A stretch of DNA of 64,000 bases from Eledone cirrhosa. Taxonomy: Eukaryota. This document shows, one piece after another, positions 27,343 through 40,616 of this stretch. Under the pieces are notes generated by a model that was not told the DNA's origin, did no database searches, and saw only the letters and a program-made list of their open reading frames with translations. The DNA lies in the NCBI GenBank assembly GCA_964016885.1, contig CAXHJY010000114.1, forward strand, positions 1 to 64,000, written 5' to 3'. How positions within the stretch are numbered: the stretch's first letter is position 1; the number at the start of each line of letters is the position of its first letter. The translations under genes and the position numbers were made by a program.

Positions 27343-27650
27343 TCTCCTTATAATATATAACCAGCAATTTCTCTGTCTGTCTGTCCGACAGTGGAAACAC
27401 GTGCGCGCGTGCGAATATTTTTTGCGCACGCGTAGAGAGAGAGTGAGAGTGAAAGAAAGAGAAGACTACGAGAGGGGGATAGCGGGAGGGAGAGAGGGAG
27501 AGAGATAGAGTGAATAGACGCTAAAACACGTGCGCGCGTGCGAATGTTTTTTGCGCACGCGTAGATAGAGAGTGAGAGTGAAAGAAAGAGACAGACTACA
27601 AGAGGGAGATAGCGGGAGGGAGAGAGGGGGGAATTGAGGAGTGCGACAGA
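27343..27650 (+). mobile_element. Second Helitron-like 5' fragment with internal ~130-bp tandem duplication
   Basis: Near-identical to 26347-26500; ACACGTGCGCGCGTGCGAA...GAGAGAG block occurs twice; followed by a palindromic CA/TA/TG minisatellite to about 27860. Confidence 0.55.
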
Positions 27651-27973
27651 AACATATATACATTTCTGTGTGTGTGTAATATATATATATATACACACAC
27701 AGAAATATATATATATACACACAGAAATATATATACATTTCTGTGTGTGTAATATATATATATATATACACACAGAAATATATATACATTTCTGTGTGTG
27801 TAATATATATATATATACATACAGAAATATATATACATTTCTGTGTGTATAATATATATATATACTAGCAGAAAACCACCCGGTTTCAGAATCTACGACG
27901 AATTTTTTTCATAAGCACAAAATGTCGATACCATTCCGTTCTTCTCTGTACTGTTATATATATATACATATAT

Positions 27974-28043
<70 letters not shown>

Positions 28044-28067
28044 CGTATGAAAATCAATACAATATAA

Positions 28068-28143
28068 TTACCTCATTACCAGAGGTTTCCCGAATGAGGC
28101 GAATACGAAAGAAGCGTCTTCATTCGTTCGTCAGACGAGGCAA
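28068..28143 (-). ncRNA. Hammerhead ribozyme in PLE pLTR
   Basis: Reverse complement of 31805-31880. Confidence 0.85.
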
Positions 28144-28881
28144 TATAAAACATGGGTAAATACTTGGAAAGTCTCGCCAAGAAAATCAAAAAAAAGATAT
28201 AGACAAATGAATTAGAATATGAAATATATAATAATCTTTCAAGAAATATAGTTAGGTGTGTGTATATGTATGTATATACGCTCACAGATGTGCATATATG
28301 TGTATGCATATATGTATACGTATAGTGAAAAAGTGTGCGTAAATATAAAATTTAGGGCAAATGTATCTGTATGTCTGTAATCTACAGACAGAATAGATAC
28401 ATCATAAGAATATGAATATGAAGGCGCGCGCATAAACACACCTACACACACGTACACTTAGATGCGGAAGTAAAAGAGGTAAGGGAGTGTAATAATTAAA
28501 GGAAAGTATCAATCTCGATATATTTATAAAAATGGAACAATAATTTAGAAAGAAAAAAAAAAAAATTTAGAAAGTAAAAAAAAAAAAAAAATAATAAAGA
28601 AAAGAAGACAAAAAAGGGTACATACATACACAGACACGCATTTCTCACAAAGGAAACGCAAAAATATACATGCTTATATACACACGCACACTTACACATC
28701 CATACGTTCGATACACACATACTTACACTCACGCATATTGACCTGTTTGCATGCACACGCATAAAAATGAGTAAGTAAAAAAGGGGGAGAGAAGAAAAAA
28801 GGAACAAAACATAAAACCTAGATGTCAAAACACGGATATAAAGACACATACACGTACGCATACACATATACATACACACAC

Positions 28882-28969
<88 letters not shown>

Positions 28970-29488
28970 GCACGCGCACATACGTAGTTGCTCATGTACA
29001 TATATAGAAAGTATACACACATTAAGGCGTTCAGCCATATTGATACAGGGTGTAAAAAACTTGTGGATAAGTTCAGCCATATTGATACAGGATGTAAAAA
29101 ACTTGTGGATAAGTAAGTACAAATATAAAATTGTAAGATTGGCTGCGCAAAAATAAAAAAATAAAAATAAAAATAAAAAATATATCTGGATTGGAAAACA
29201 CAAATGACATTTATAATCAGTTTGTGAAGGAAAAAGGGAAGTAAAAAAAGGGGAAGTAAAAAATGGAAAGTGAATCGGAGAATAAGGGGGGGGGGGTTAT
29301 TGGTGGATGTGAAGTAAAAATAAAAATAAAAATAAAAATAAAAATAAAAATAAAAATAAAAATAAAAATAAAAATAAAAATAAAAATAAAAATAAAAAAA
29401 TAATAAAAATAAAAATAAATGAAATTAATGACAAGGGTAAAGATGAAAGTAAGTCAGAAAGGGTAATTAAAAAGAGAATAATAAGAGT

Positions 29489-30622
29489 TTATGGAGGATA
29501 AGTATCTGAAAGTGTGTTAAGTTTATATGAGCTGGAAAGCAGGTGTGATTTCATGTGTGGGCAACTGGTGAAAATTTCCGTCTTTGTGTTCAGGCAGGTC
29601 TTTGGTGATTTTAGATTTTGCAATATCCAATATTTTTCATTTATGCAGAGCGTGCATTTTCTTGTTCCTCTAGCATATTCTTTAGATTGGTTCAAAATTG
29701 ACCAATCTAATTTATATTGGATGCCTTGGTCTTTCAAATCCAAAATTCTGCTAGCCAGAGCTGTTGTAAATCTTTTTTCTGGATGTCGAAAGGATGCGAC
29801 ATGTGAGTAATAACGCGTTTTGAATTTGTCTTGCGTCATACCCACATATCGTTCACTGGTGGCTGGATGGTTGTTGCTGATGGTTGTCACTTTAGCCGCA
29901 TATACAATGGCTTTGGTGTTGCATTTACCTTGTAATGCGCATTCACTTTTGATTCTACAGGAGCAAGTTTGATTTTCTCTAGGTGATATTTTGTTGAGGA
30001 TATAGGACTTAATAGGGGGACCGCAGGAATAGCTAATTTTGACACAGTTTCTGTTAAAGATCTTATAGTATCTATGTGTTCTAGGGAAATGTTTATCTAG
30101 GAGCTCAAGGAATTTTTTGCCTACATTAGTTTTAACTGCTAGAGAGTAGGGGGGTGTGAACCAGATTATTTTTCTTTTCCTGTTTTTATGTTTAATAGAG
30201 TTAGTAGAGTTGGGTATGTATTTAATCGGTTCGCTAAAACCGCTATTTTGGAGGGCTTTATTATAGTAGGGGGATGCCTTATTAAAAATAGCTTCTGAGG
30301 AAGAGAGGGTGGAGATCCTACGGCTAATATTAGGGATAAGGTTTTTAAAAACTATAGGTGGATGGCAAGATCCTTTATTTATATATTTTAAGTTTTCATT
30401 AGGTTTATGGTATGGTTTATAAGAAGCAGTAGGTAAATCTAGGTTTATATCTAGGAAATCTACGTTGGAAAGGTTAGTGTCAATAGTAATTTTAAGATTA
30501 AAACTAGCGAAGGTTTTTATTAAGTCTTTCCTTAATCTATCTAAGTTATGGCCTATGGTGGTATGGGAAAGTATTAGACCATCGTCGCGATAAAGCCCAA
30601 AAATATGGTTAGGAAATTTTTC
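29489..30622 (-). CDS. PLE reverse transcriptase (C-terminal half) plus GIY-YIG endonuclease; 5'-truncated, 377 codons without a stop
   Basis: Manual translation upstream of the listed ORF gives GLYRDDGL (RT catalytic motif), VDFLDI, HPP, IIWFTPPY, CSCR...CALQGKC, IVYAAK...YVGMT (GIY-YIG), CTLCINEK, LNTKTEIFTSCPH. No ATG is present, so the ORF track shows only 29489-29890. Confidence 0.92.
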   Translation of the reverse strand, partial: EKFPNHIFGLYRDDGLILSHTTIGHNLDRLRKDLIKTFASFNLKITIDTNLSNVDFLDINLDLPTASYKPYHKPNENLKYINKGSCHPPIVFKNLIPNISRRISTLSSSEAIFNKASPYYNKALQNSGFSEPIKYIPNSTNSIKHKNRKRKIIWFTPPYSLAVKTNVGKKFLELLDKHFPRTHRYYKIFNRNCVKISYSCGPPIKSYILNKISPRENQTCSCRIKSECALQGKCNTKAIVYAAKVTTISNNHPATSERYVGMTQDKFKTRYYSHVASFRHPEKRFTTALASRILDLKDQGIQYKLDWSILNQSKEYARGTRKCTLCINEKYWILQNLKSPKTCLNTKTEIFTSCPHMKSHLLSSSYKLNTLSDTYPP

Positions 30623-30979
30623 TTAATATTTTTTTATTTTTTTATTTTTATTTTTATTTTTATTTTTATTTTTACTTCACATCCACCAATACCCCCCCCC
30701 CTTATTCTCCGATTCACTTTCCATTTTTTACTTCCCCTTTTTTTACTTCTTTTTTTCCTTCACTAACTGATTACACATGTCATTTGTGTTTTCCAATCCA
30801 GATATATTTTTCATTTTTATTTTTATTTTTCTATTTTTGCGCAGCCAATCTTACAATTTTATATTTGTACTTACTTATCCACAAGTTTTTTACATCCTGT
30901 ATCAATATGGCTGAACGCCTTAATGTGTGTATACTTTCTATATATGTACATGAGCAACTACGTATGCGCGCGCGCGTGC

Positions 30980-31063
<84 letters not shown>

Positions 31064-31804
31064 GTGTGTGTATGTATATGTGTATGCGTACGTGTATGTG
31101 TCTTTATATCCGTGTTTTGACATCTAGGTTTTATGTTTTGTTCCTTTTTTCTTCTCCCCCCCCTTTTTTACTTACTCATTTTTATGCGTGTGCATGCAAA
31201 CAGGTCAATATGCGTGAGTGTAAGTATGTGTGTGTGTGTGTGTGTGTGTACGTATCGAACGTATGGATGTGTAAGTGTGCGTGTGTATATAAGCATGTAT
31301 ATTTTTGCGTTTCTTTTGTGAGATATGCGTGTCTGTGTATGTATGTACCCTTTTTTGTCTTCTTTTCTTTAATTTTTTTTTTTTTTCTTTCTAAATTTTT
31401 TTTTTCTTTCTAAATTATTGTTCCATTTTTATAAATATATCGAGATTGATACTTTCCTTTAATTATTACACTCCCTTACCTCTTTTACTTCCGCATCTAA
31501 GTGTACGTGTGTTTATGCGCGCGCCTTCATATTCATATTCTTATGATGTATCTATTCTGTCTGTAGATTACAGACATACAGATACATTTGCCCTACATTT
31601 TATATTTACGCACACTTTTTCACTATACGTATACATATGTGCATACACATATATGCACATCTGTGAGCGTATATACATACATATACACACACCTAACTAT
31701 ATTTCTTGAAAGATTATTATATATTTCATATTCTAATTCATTTGTCTATATCTTTTATTTGATTTTCTTGACGAGACTTTCCAAGTATTTACCCATGTTT
31801 TATA

Positions 31805-31880
31805 TTGCCTCGTCTGACGAACGAATGAAGACGCTTCTTTCGTATTCGCCTCATTCGGGAAACCTCTGGTAATGAGGTAA
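31805..31880 (+). ncRNA. Hammerhead ribozyme in PLE pLTR
   Basis: Stem I TTGCCTCGT/ATGAGGTAA; CTGACGA 31814-20; long stem II CGAATGA...TCATTCG; GAAA 31859-62; CCtcTGG; TA. Confidence 0.87.
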
Positions 31881-31981
31881 TTATATTGTATTGATTTTTA
31901 TACGTTAAATTTTGCTCTGATACTTACATAGAGCACTCTTCACTTCTATGACCTTTTCTGTTTTCAACGGAAATTTCAATA

Positions 31982-32060
<79 letters not shown>

Positions 32061-32125
32061 GTTATTTCGTTTCTGAATTTGTTTAGCAAGATTCTTTATC
32101 TGAAATCGTGTGTTGAAACCGATAT

Positions 32126-32404
32126 TGTTATACTTTGTCCCACACACAAACAAAATGGCGTAGGATAGAAGAAAGGAAAGGCACAGAAACGAAGAAAGAA
32201 ATCCCCAGTCACTGAAGAGGTCACAGAGTGTGTGACGAAAAAACTATGACTATATATATAAACAACTATCTGGTTGTGGAACCAACCAACCAACCAGAAA
32301 TTTATAAATTTGTAAATTTATAAATATATAATAAATTAAATTGAAGTGAAAGCAACTGGTGCGTGTGTTTCTTATTGGCAACATGACCCTCCCAAAGTAT
32401 AACA
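32126..32404 (+). mobile_element. Solo LTR (Gypsy-like), 279 bp
   Basis: Starts TGTTATACTTTG and ends CAAAGTATAACA (12-bp perfect terminal inverted repeat); ATAT target-site duplication; internal TATA-like run and AATAAA. Confidence 0.75.
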
Positions 32405-32409
32405 ATATA

Positions 32410-33120
32410 TATAAACGTTTGTATTTGTAAAGCCAAAACAGGTATGGATATAGAATATAAATGCAAATGCAAAAGATATTGTTGACAATTAGTCTTTTAC
32501 CTTAAATTTATTTAAATATCCTTAATTTTCGAGATAATATCTCTTCTTCGGAGGGAAGTAAAGTAGTTAAACCACCGTTCTAAATAGCTTGCCAAGTCAT
32601 GCTGACAGGAGTCAAGGAGTGACGGTTAGGTGGATAAAGAGTAGTCACTTTTTAAAAGGGGTTTTGTACATGTATGTTTAAGTGTGTGGGAGAATACGTG
32701 AAGTAAGTATGTGTGTGTGTGTGAGTGTGAGAAGATATGTATATACGTAAATGTGGGGGATAGATGCTCTATCATGTTAAAACTGGTCTTTGTGTGTGTA
32801 TGTGTGTGTGTGAGAGAGAATAAGTGGAGGTGCAAGCGTGTGTGTGTGTGTGCGTGTGTGTGTGCGCGTGCGTGTGTGTGAGAGGGGTGGGGTGTAAGTA
32901 TGGGGCTATATGCTCTATCAAGTTATAAATTGGGTGTTGAGTTCTAGTCTATTATTGATTGGTGGTTTTGTTTTGTCTATAATTAGTGCTTCCTTAATTC
33001 TAAAATTGCCGAGGTTTCTTTCCTTAGTTTCTATCCTAACTGTTATGTTTTTGTCGGTGTTTTTGCATTTCACTAGGTGTTTCTTAAATGAGGAAGCGTT
33101 AGTATTGAGGTGTTCTTTTA
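32410..33120 (-). mobile_element. PLE 3' fragment: GIY-YIG C-terminus plus decayed pLTR
   Basis: Translation KEHL...SSFKKHL..C...RIKEALII....PPINNRLE at 32918-33120; decayed HHR core CcGAAGA-AGAGATattATCTC-GAAA at 32527-32551 (minus). Confidence 0.7.
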
Positions 33121-33149
33121 CAGAAGAACACCTCAATACTAACGCGAAA

Positions 33150-34470
33150 CTTTCACATCAACAGTGACGTAGACCGCCTTTCTTGAAACGTAAAGAGGCA
33201 GGAAGAGGCCTAACATCAGTCCAGACAGCATTTGAATGTCGCATCATATCCCTTTGACAACATCTACGAACCTCGAAGCGTAGGAGCCCGTCTCTCGAGC
33301 AAGTCTATTTGCATGAAACAGATAAGATCATGAGAGTTGAAAGGGAACTCCTCGAGAGATATTCCCTGTGTGATAATCAAAATCTCACACCTAGGGAAGT
33401 CGCTCAGCAGTATCGCAGTGAATCCATGGATGAAAAATTGCATGCTCATCAGCAAAAAATCATGCATGGATATGTTGCCAGGAAGCTCCAGAGTGAAAGT
33501 AATATAGATAAGGAAAGTCGTCTATCTTGGACCAACAACCGGTATACGCTTTTGCAATCCAAGAACAGGAAATTAACACAAAATACCTGAATTACAAAAG
33601 AGATAGGGATACAGGCAAAACACCTAGATGTGATAACAAGTGCAGACTCTGCAGAACTAACACCGAAGATATCACCCATGTCATCAGCAGCTGTCCAAAG
33701 ATGTCATCGAGGTACTATCTACCTATGATGCATGATGTAGTGGCCAAACGTACAATGCAATCCGTAAAAAAGATAGCCCCGATAATAAACACATTAAAAG
33801 CTACAGCAATGTGGAAGACATCCATGTACATAATATGAAAGAGTACTGGTGGAACGTTCCAGTAAAAACCCCAATAAAATGCAGGCATAACAGACCAGAT
33901 ATTATGATATGGGACAGGGAGAAGAAAACATGCACAGTAGTCGAAATTAGCTGCCCAGTAGATGCCAATATAATATCAAAGATTAGCGAAAAGGAGAATA
34001 TTTATGCAGAACAGATGAGAAATCTGCAGATACTCCACCCTGATTATACCTTCAAATTTATGCCTGTCATTATTGGGGCACTAGGGTATGTTAGTAACTG
34101 CCTCAATACAAATCTTGAGAATCTATGCTTCACAGGAAGAGAAAGAACACAACTAGTTTGAGAATTACAAGTACAATCCATGAATGGAACAGTAAAAATA
34201 TGTAAAACATTCCAAACATTTTGCATCTAATAACTGCATATACACATGTACAGATACAAAGCACATACACATGCACACATACAACTCAAAACATACACAT
34301 CCACACATACAATAACATCCATATCTACACATGCATACATAATCTACCTAGTTGATGTGTAAATTCCAATGAGAGAGTCTTGTATCTATGTTAGAAACCG
34401 ACTCTCTCTCTCTATTGGGAAACAAATTGTGAAATTATAAAACCAGAAGAACATACATACATGCATGCAT
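33150..34470 (+). mobile_element. R4/Dong-clade LINE 3' part (RT end, CCHC finger, restriction-like endonuclease), frameshifted
   Basis: MHGY, AIQEQEINTKY, CRLC...EDITHVISSC, RPDIMIWD...VEISCP motifs across ORFs 33309-34161, followed by a 3' UTR. Confidence 0.88.
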
Positions 34471-34870
34471 AAAATATCTTTTAAATCATTTGTTATTCAA
34501 ACAGTGAAATATGATTTACTTAAAATGAAACCCCCCAAAAATGTAAGGATTATCACAGTGAGTTCATTTCAGTGAATTGTAATGTCTCAAACCTTTATCC
34601 AATACGTACGTAAAAACCAATCAATATACGTACAAGCTCGAGGATTGTGTGACATACAAAATATCTTGCTGATTTAATTTGTGTTTCTTTAGAATGGACA
34701 TATGTCGAATGATGAGTGTTTCTGTTGTTTGACCAACGGAAGATTCTGCTGGTCCAAGTAGTTGAACATTTCACAATCACGTGTACCTATAACGCAATTC
34801 TCAATGTGTGACAAAGTTGAACCTTTGAATTACATGTACAGTCTATCCGACGGGCTTCTAAACGTACTGT

Positions 34871-35110
34871 GAAGGCACGTGCCCTAGTGGTAAAGGTGTT
34901 GGACTTACGATCATAATCTCGTGGATTCGATTCCTGGGCTGCGTTGCGTGTTGCGTTCTTGATCAAAAACATTTCCTTTCCCCTTTTCTTCAGTATACTC
35001 AGCTGAAAATGAGTACCAAAAATAGCTGGGGGTTTAACCGTGTGATGGACTAGTGTCATGTTCAGGGGAAGTCTTGTACTCTCAGTACCATGAAACTATG
35101 ATAAGCACCA
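34871..35110 (+). mobile_element. tRNA-derived SINE (family B)
   Basis: GAAGGCACGTGCCCTAGTGGTAAAGG...GGATTCGATTCCTGG A/B boxes; body shared with 36615, 40612, 42260 and 49783. Confidence 0.75.
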
Positions 35111-35520
35111 GCTCAATTCGCTGCTTGCAGCGCGCGTGGGCATGCATGAGTCGACTCAAGGCTATGGTAAATGTCATTTGTCCAAGATACCACTCAGTAG
35201 ATAAAACCCGTACCAAATGACTGCAAAGCGTAACTTTTATCTAGTCGGCAATGCTGCGTGCACATTACTAATAGTATAAATTAGCTAAATCATATTTTTT
35301 AAATTTACTTCAATCACTTGTCTAGCTGAGTATCATAAGAATCATATAGATGCAGGCATGACTGTGTGGTTAAGAAGTTCACTTTGCAATCATGAGGTCT
35401 CGTCTTCGATCTCACTGCAGGGAATTTTAGCAGATTTCCTTGCCATAGCCTAGGTATATTTGTTCGAAAACACCGTCTTAAAGATTTTCTTCGCTGTAAA
35501 TTGACGAAAATCGCACGCAA

Positions 35521-35603
<83 letters not shown>

Positions 35604-35975
35604 CGAACGCACATACGCACACACACACACACACGCACACACACACACACTCTCGCGTATATACGACAGTCATCGGCAAATATATTATTGTCTCCAAACT
35701 TCCATTCACTATTAATTAGCCGTTAAAAATCATTTGATCAAGATACCATCTAGTGTGATTAAATACAGAACCATTTAGCTGCAAGGGAAATTCTTAACCA
35801 CAAAGTCAGAGACATGCTTGTGCAGTAAAGGAAGACATACTTTCAATAATACTAGTAAAGATATGACAGCAATATCGCCATATTGGGATACCATATATAC
35901 ATAATTATGGGTGGATTCCCGATAGGTGCCGGGAGGATATAAAGATTATATATATACACACGCACACACACGCAC

Positions 35976-36089
<114 letters not shown>

Positions 36090-36614
36090 TACTCCTTGAA
36101 AAGTTTCGGCGATCTTGTTATCCGTAATCTTTTCTTTGTAATATAATTTTATCTGGCACGATAGTAATCTATTTTGTGAGGACATATTAATGTGAGATTT
36201 TGTAAACAATAAAAACTACTTCGAGAATTGCTTGCGAATTTAGATTTCTCATCTGATCGTATTTCGATATCGCAAATATAATCATACACCTAGTGTTCTT
36301 TTTTAGATTTTCTGAATTGATTTCTGACATAAGCATAATATTGCATAATCACGGAGGGGATAGAAATTGAGATTGTGTCAACGTATCATTTTAAATACTT
36401 CTCAGGTGAAATGAAATGGATTTATTTTAACAGCACAAGTGTATACTAAAAAATGATATATGAAGGCAGTACCCAGCGCAGAGCATAAGCTAATGATTTA
36501 ATCCAATGAAATAAATAAAATACTTAAAGGAATTCTTAATGTGTTATAAATAAGTCAGAACAACCAACAACCTTCAGAATATGTCAGTTTGGATTTACCG
36601 CTGAGTATAGACGT

Positions 36615-36870
36615 AAGGATATTGGATTTACAGCCATAATGTCGTGGGTTTGATTCCTGGATTGGGTTGTATGTTATTTTCTTGAGCAAAACACTCATTT
36701 CGCTCTGCTCCAGTATACTCAGATGAGCTCCAGCAATAGCTGGAGATTTAATCATGCGATGGACTGGAACCTACTCAGGGGGTAGTCTTGTACTCTCAGA
36801 CGCTTAACGCCAAGGAAACCGGGATAACCAACAGCTTGATAAGCCGCTGAGCTTGAGACAGACTTTAGCC
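36615..36870 (+). mobile_element. tRNA-derived SINE (family B)
   Basis: TTGAGCAAAACAC...CAGTATACTCAG...GAGACAGACTTT shared motifs. Confidence 0.7.
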
Positions 36871-37020
36871 TTAGATAGAGGAGTTCGTAAAATTCAGGCA
36901 TGTGCCTGACAACACCATGGATGCAGAGGTAAATTGCCGCCTACAGTCCGTTGCAGTCGCTTTCTGAACAGCCAAAAAAGATGCAAATTGTACTGAGCAG
37001 TATTGCTATCCTGTTTGCTT

Positions 37021-37201
37021 GGATTGGCAATATCGGTAGAGAGTCGGACACCATGCTTTGCAGCATACAGTTACGGCCCTTTATGATCTGAGTTCAAATC
37101 CCGCCGAGGTTAACTGTGCCTTTCATCTTTACGGGATCGATAAAATAAAATACCAGTAATGCACTGGGTAATTGCTGGCGTTGTGCCAAAAGTAGAAACA
37201 A
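37021..37201 (+). mobile_element. tRNA-derived SINE (OK-like, GCCTTTCATCC..GGGTCGATAAAAT core)
   Basis: A box TGGCAATATCGGT, B box GTTCAAATCCC, conserved central domain. Confidence 0.8.
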
Positions 37202-37249
37202 CTATTATCGAAATATCAAAACCCTGATAAACTCTCAGATACCCAATCT

Positions 37250-37680
37250 ACGAACCATAATAAATATTTCCTGGTGAGACCGTTTCTCAAAACATGCAGT
37301 CCTTTAGCACGCAGATATGTTTTAATGTTGAGTCCTTCCTGCTGAAATCTCAAATGCGCTGGGTTGGAGATGTGATCCATATTGGGGACATTAAGATCCC
37401 CAAACTATTTTATAAGGATGTCATCAAACAGCATCTCAGTGAAGCGGGTGATCTGATTACCACTAAATGAGAGAAGACAGCGGCTGATCGTGAACAATGG
37501 TGGAAAGTTATAAGGAATTAATTAAAAATTGTAAAACCAAATTGGACGAAAAAACAAGAAGGAAAGAGAGAAAGAGCCAGAGAAAGATTTACTACATTTT
37601 GTCAACTGTATTCTGCAATATTTGCTTGGATGTACGAAGGCATTGGTATATAGCTCCACGAAAGAGTGAAACATCGTTAA
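37250..37680 (+). mobile_element. Degenerate RTE LINE 3' fragment
   Basis: Reads MRWVGDV....DIKIPKLFY...ADREQW in shifted frames. Confidence 0.55.
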
Positions 37681-37788
37681 TGAACTGACTTCATTGATTA
37701 ACAAACAAATTGTTACCACTAGGCTACATTCGATTACTTGTGGCTACCTACCTACCTACCTACCTACCTATATATATATATATATATA

Positions 37789-37920
37789 AGTTTATCCCGG
37801 GTTCAATCGGGCGTAACCACAGTAAGTAAGCATTTCATAAAATAAAAATACGAAATACTTCCTGATGATGATTTCTCCCGAATGAAACAGTTCTAGTCCT
37901 GTAGAAGCCAGTTCTATAAT
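37789..37920. mobile_element. Miniature HHR-like element (same family as 54733-54955)
   Basis: CTTC CTGATGA...GAAA CAG ttctagtc CTG TA GAAG at 37858-37907; inverted tail 37789-37825 matches 54918-54950. Confidence 0.65.
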
Positions 37921-37923
37921 ATA

Positions 37924-39202
37924 CTAGCAGTAAAGCCCGGCGTTGCTCGGGGTCGCTCAGTAGCTGTGTTAAAGTTACAATGTTAAGTTTCTTTTTTGGC
38001 TTAAAAACTGTAGTGTCTACTGTGCAGACTTGCATGTGGTGTTTTTGATTAATATTCCCTCAACCAACAATATGCCTTATGAAGTTAAGAAAACATAACG
38101 ATAACCCGAATTAAAGTAAATTCAGCCTTATAAGACCGTAAAATTAATTTAAACGTTTAATAGGGAAAGTTTGCTAACCGTCGTAATAAAAAAATAAATA
38201 TCAATAACTTACGAAGTAATGAACTCGCCGAACTTTTAAAGCGTTGTAGCATACAAAGGCAGTACAGTGCAAATGAAGCTATTAAACAAACTGGAGATTC
38301 CAATTCACTCTACTAAAGATTTACTTAATCGTCTGCACATTCGCTAATCGTCTGCTCATTCCATAAAAGGGAAATAATCGCCTATATCACCTCTCTGCAT
38401 GACTGTCTGTCTGCACGCCTATATCACCTCTCTGCATGACTGTCTGTCTGCACGCCTATATCACCTCTCTGCACGACTGTCTGTCTGCACGCGTATATCA
38501 CCTCTCTGCACGACTGTCTGTCTGCACGACTGTCTGTCTGCACGCCTAACGAAATTTACAGATACATATATTTTAAATAAACTTATATAATTTTTGCTTC
38601 TTTTTACGAAATATTTGCTTGTTTTACGTAGTCTTTAAATAGACTTGTTTTCAAGTAAAAATATTGTTTTAAAAGGCTTTTAAATGGAAATGAAGCAAAA
38701 CGGAAGCTTTGTGTTCGAACTGATGAATTTTGCAGGTCAAAATTTTGCTGGCTCGACAACTGTTCGTGTATTGTGTTAATGTCATTTTAAACGCTGAGAA
38801 AGCCAGCGTAATTTTTAAAATTTTTGCCAGCGTAATTTTTTTCATTTTTGCACGCAGAAAATGTAAAGAGAACGTAAGACGCTACGCTGAATGTAAACAG
38901 AACAAAGGGAAATCATTTTTTAAATTTTTGCACGCAGAAAATGTAAAGAGAACGTAAGACGCTACGCTGAATGTAAACAGAACAAAGGGAAATAACTGAT
39001 CACTTACGCTCAAAAATCGATACATTATATTCGATTTCGTCAGATAGGGCGGGTCAATTTGAAATATTTTTTTTCCGATGTCTTCGCTAGGGCTCAATGT
39101 ACAAGTATAGCAATTTCGGTGCAATTCCGTGAGAGATTCTAAGAGGAGATATGTGCCAAAAATCGATAGACAGACAGACAACCTCAGTTTTATATATATA
39201 GA
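37924..39202 (-). mobile_element. Non-autonomous Helitron
   Basis: 5' A|TCTATATATATAAAACTGAGGTTGTCTGTCTG; 3' hairpin CCGAGcaacgCCGGG then CTAG|T; internal 35-bp minisatellite at 38381-38546 and a ~79-bp tandem duplication near 38846-38992. Confidence 0.85.
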
Positions 39203-39206
39203 TATA

Positions 39207-40549
39207 TACAATACTAACATCCCCACCCCTCCCCCTAACCGCACACACCCACCTGAACATATATACACGCACTCACACTATCCACACACCCTACTACCAC
39301 CACTAACCCTCACCCACACATCCACTCCGACCACCCCACAACTAACATCACTAACCTCCCCCCAACTCCACACACACCATCACACACCCACACCTATGTA
39401 CACCACCCACTCCATACACCCAACCACCACTAACCCCCACTTATACACCTGCTTTCCACCCTTTCCCCACCACACGGAATACTAACACCCACTAACACCC
39501 CCTTTACCACACACTCATCCAAACACGCACACACACTCCCTCCTCCGTCCCCAACACCTCCCCCCTCCCTCTCTCTCTCCCCCTCTCCCCGCTCCCCCTA
39601 CACCCCTTCGCACACACATCCCACTAACACCTCTACTAATATACACCTCGTCTCCCCACTTTACCTCCCTCCCCCGCCACCCTTCACACCGACCCATCCT
39701 CTCCCCTGTCCACCGCACCTCCGCACACACAGACACACACAAAGTCTGCACCACACTGACCTTACTCCACCTGTCATTCAGCTCTGCTGCTATCTCCTCC
39801 TCCTCCTCTACTTCTATCTCTTCACCTTGCCTTGACCCTCTGACCACTTCCTGTTGCGCGCGCACCCCACTTCCCTCCACTTCCGACCACCACCAACATT
39901 GGATTCCACACCACCGGACACTTCTCCAGCCATCCACTCCATACCACAGAAAATCCAGCATCCCTTCTCACATTCGATGGAACTACCTCAGGAACTTACC
40001 CACGAACATACACTCCCATTTTTTTTCGCACCACGCCACCCACATCCACACCACATATAAACACAAACACACACGTGCATACCCCCACTTATATACACTC
40101 TCAACTTCCGGAATCCAGAACATGGATACTCGTCCTTCTTCTCACATACACACACACACACACACACACTCACGTACACCTACACACATACACAAACACC
40201 ACCTTCAGCCTTCCCTGCTTCGACCCCCGCTTCCCTCGCCCAACTCCACCCGCCACCACCCTTACACGCCTTACACCCTTCCACCACTTGCTCATCTTAT
40301 TGTTAATCTTCTGTTTATTTTTCGTTTATTTTTATTTTTATTTTTATTTTTATTTTTATTTTTATTTTTATTTGTTCTCCTTCCCCCTTTTTTCTAAATG
40401 TATTTCCACACACCCTCGGAACTCTCTTCCTAACCTATTTATCCTGAAGAAGGGCTTATGCCCGAAACATCGCCCCCCCCACTCTCAAAAGCGCGAACCT
40501 AATAAACCTTTATTTGTCTGCCTCTCTGTTTTGTTCCCGTATAAATTTG

Positions 40550-40553
<4 letters not shown>
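39207..40553 (+). mobile_element. C-rich PLE pLTR (Neptune-type), homologous to 44861-46055
   Basis: Shared C/A-rich blocks with 45070-46055; HHR core CTGAAGA a GGGC ttat GCCC GAAA at 40444-40467; ends at (TA)n. Confidence 0.7.

Positions 40554-40611
<58 letters not shown>

Positions 40612-40616
<5 letters not shown>

Larger units (their letters stand above)
28042..31985 (-). mobile_element. 5'-truncated Penelope-like retroelement (Naiad-type) with ~1.3-kb inverted pseudo-LTRs, inserted in (TA)n
   Basis: Inverted arms about 28042-29340 and 30630-31907 flank an RT-C/GIY-YIG frame; one HHR per arm; tail 31908-31985; long (TA)n on both sides. Confidence 0.92.

Noticed and set aside
28496-31413. 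Hydrophobic YI/CV-rich ORFs 28496-29203 and 30784-31413, and similar ORFs elsewhere
   Set aside because: Translations of (TA)n/(TG)n-containing pLTR or microsatellite sequence.
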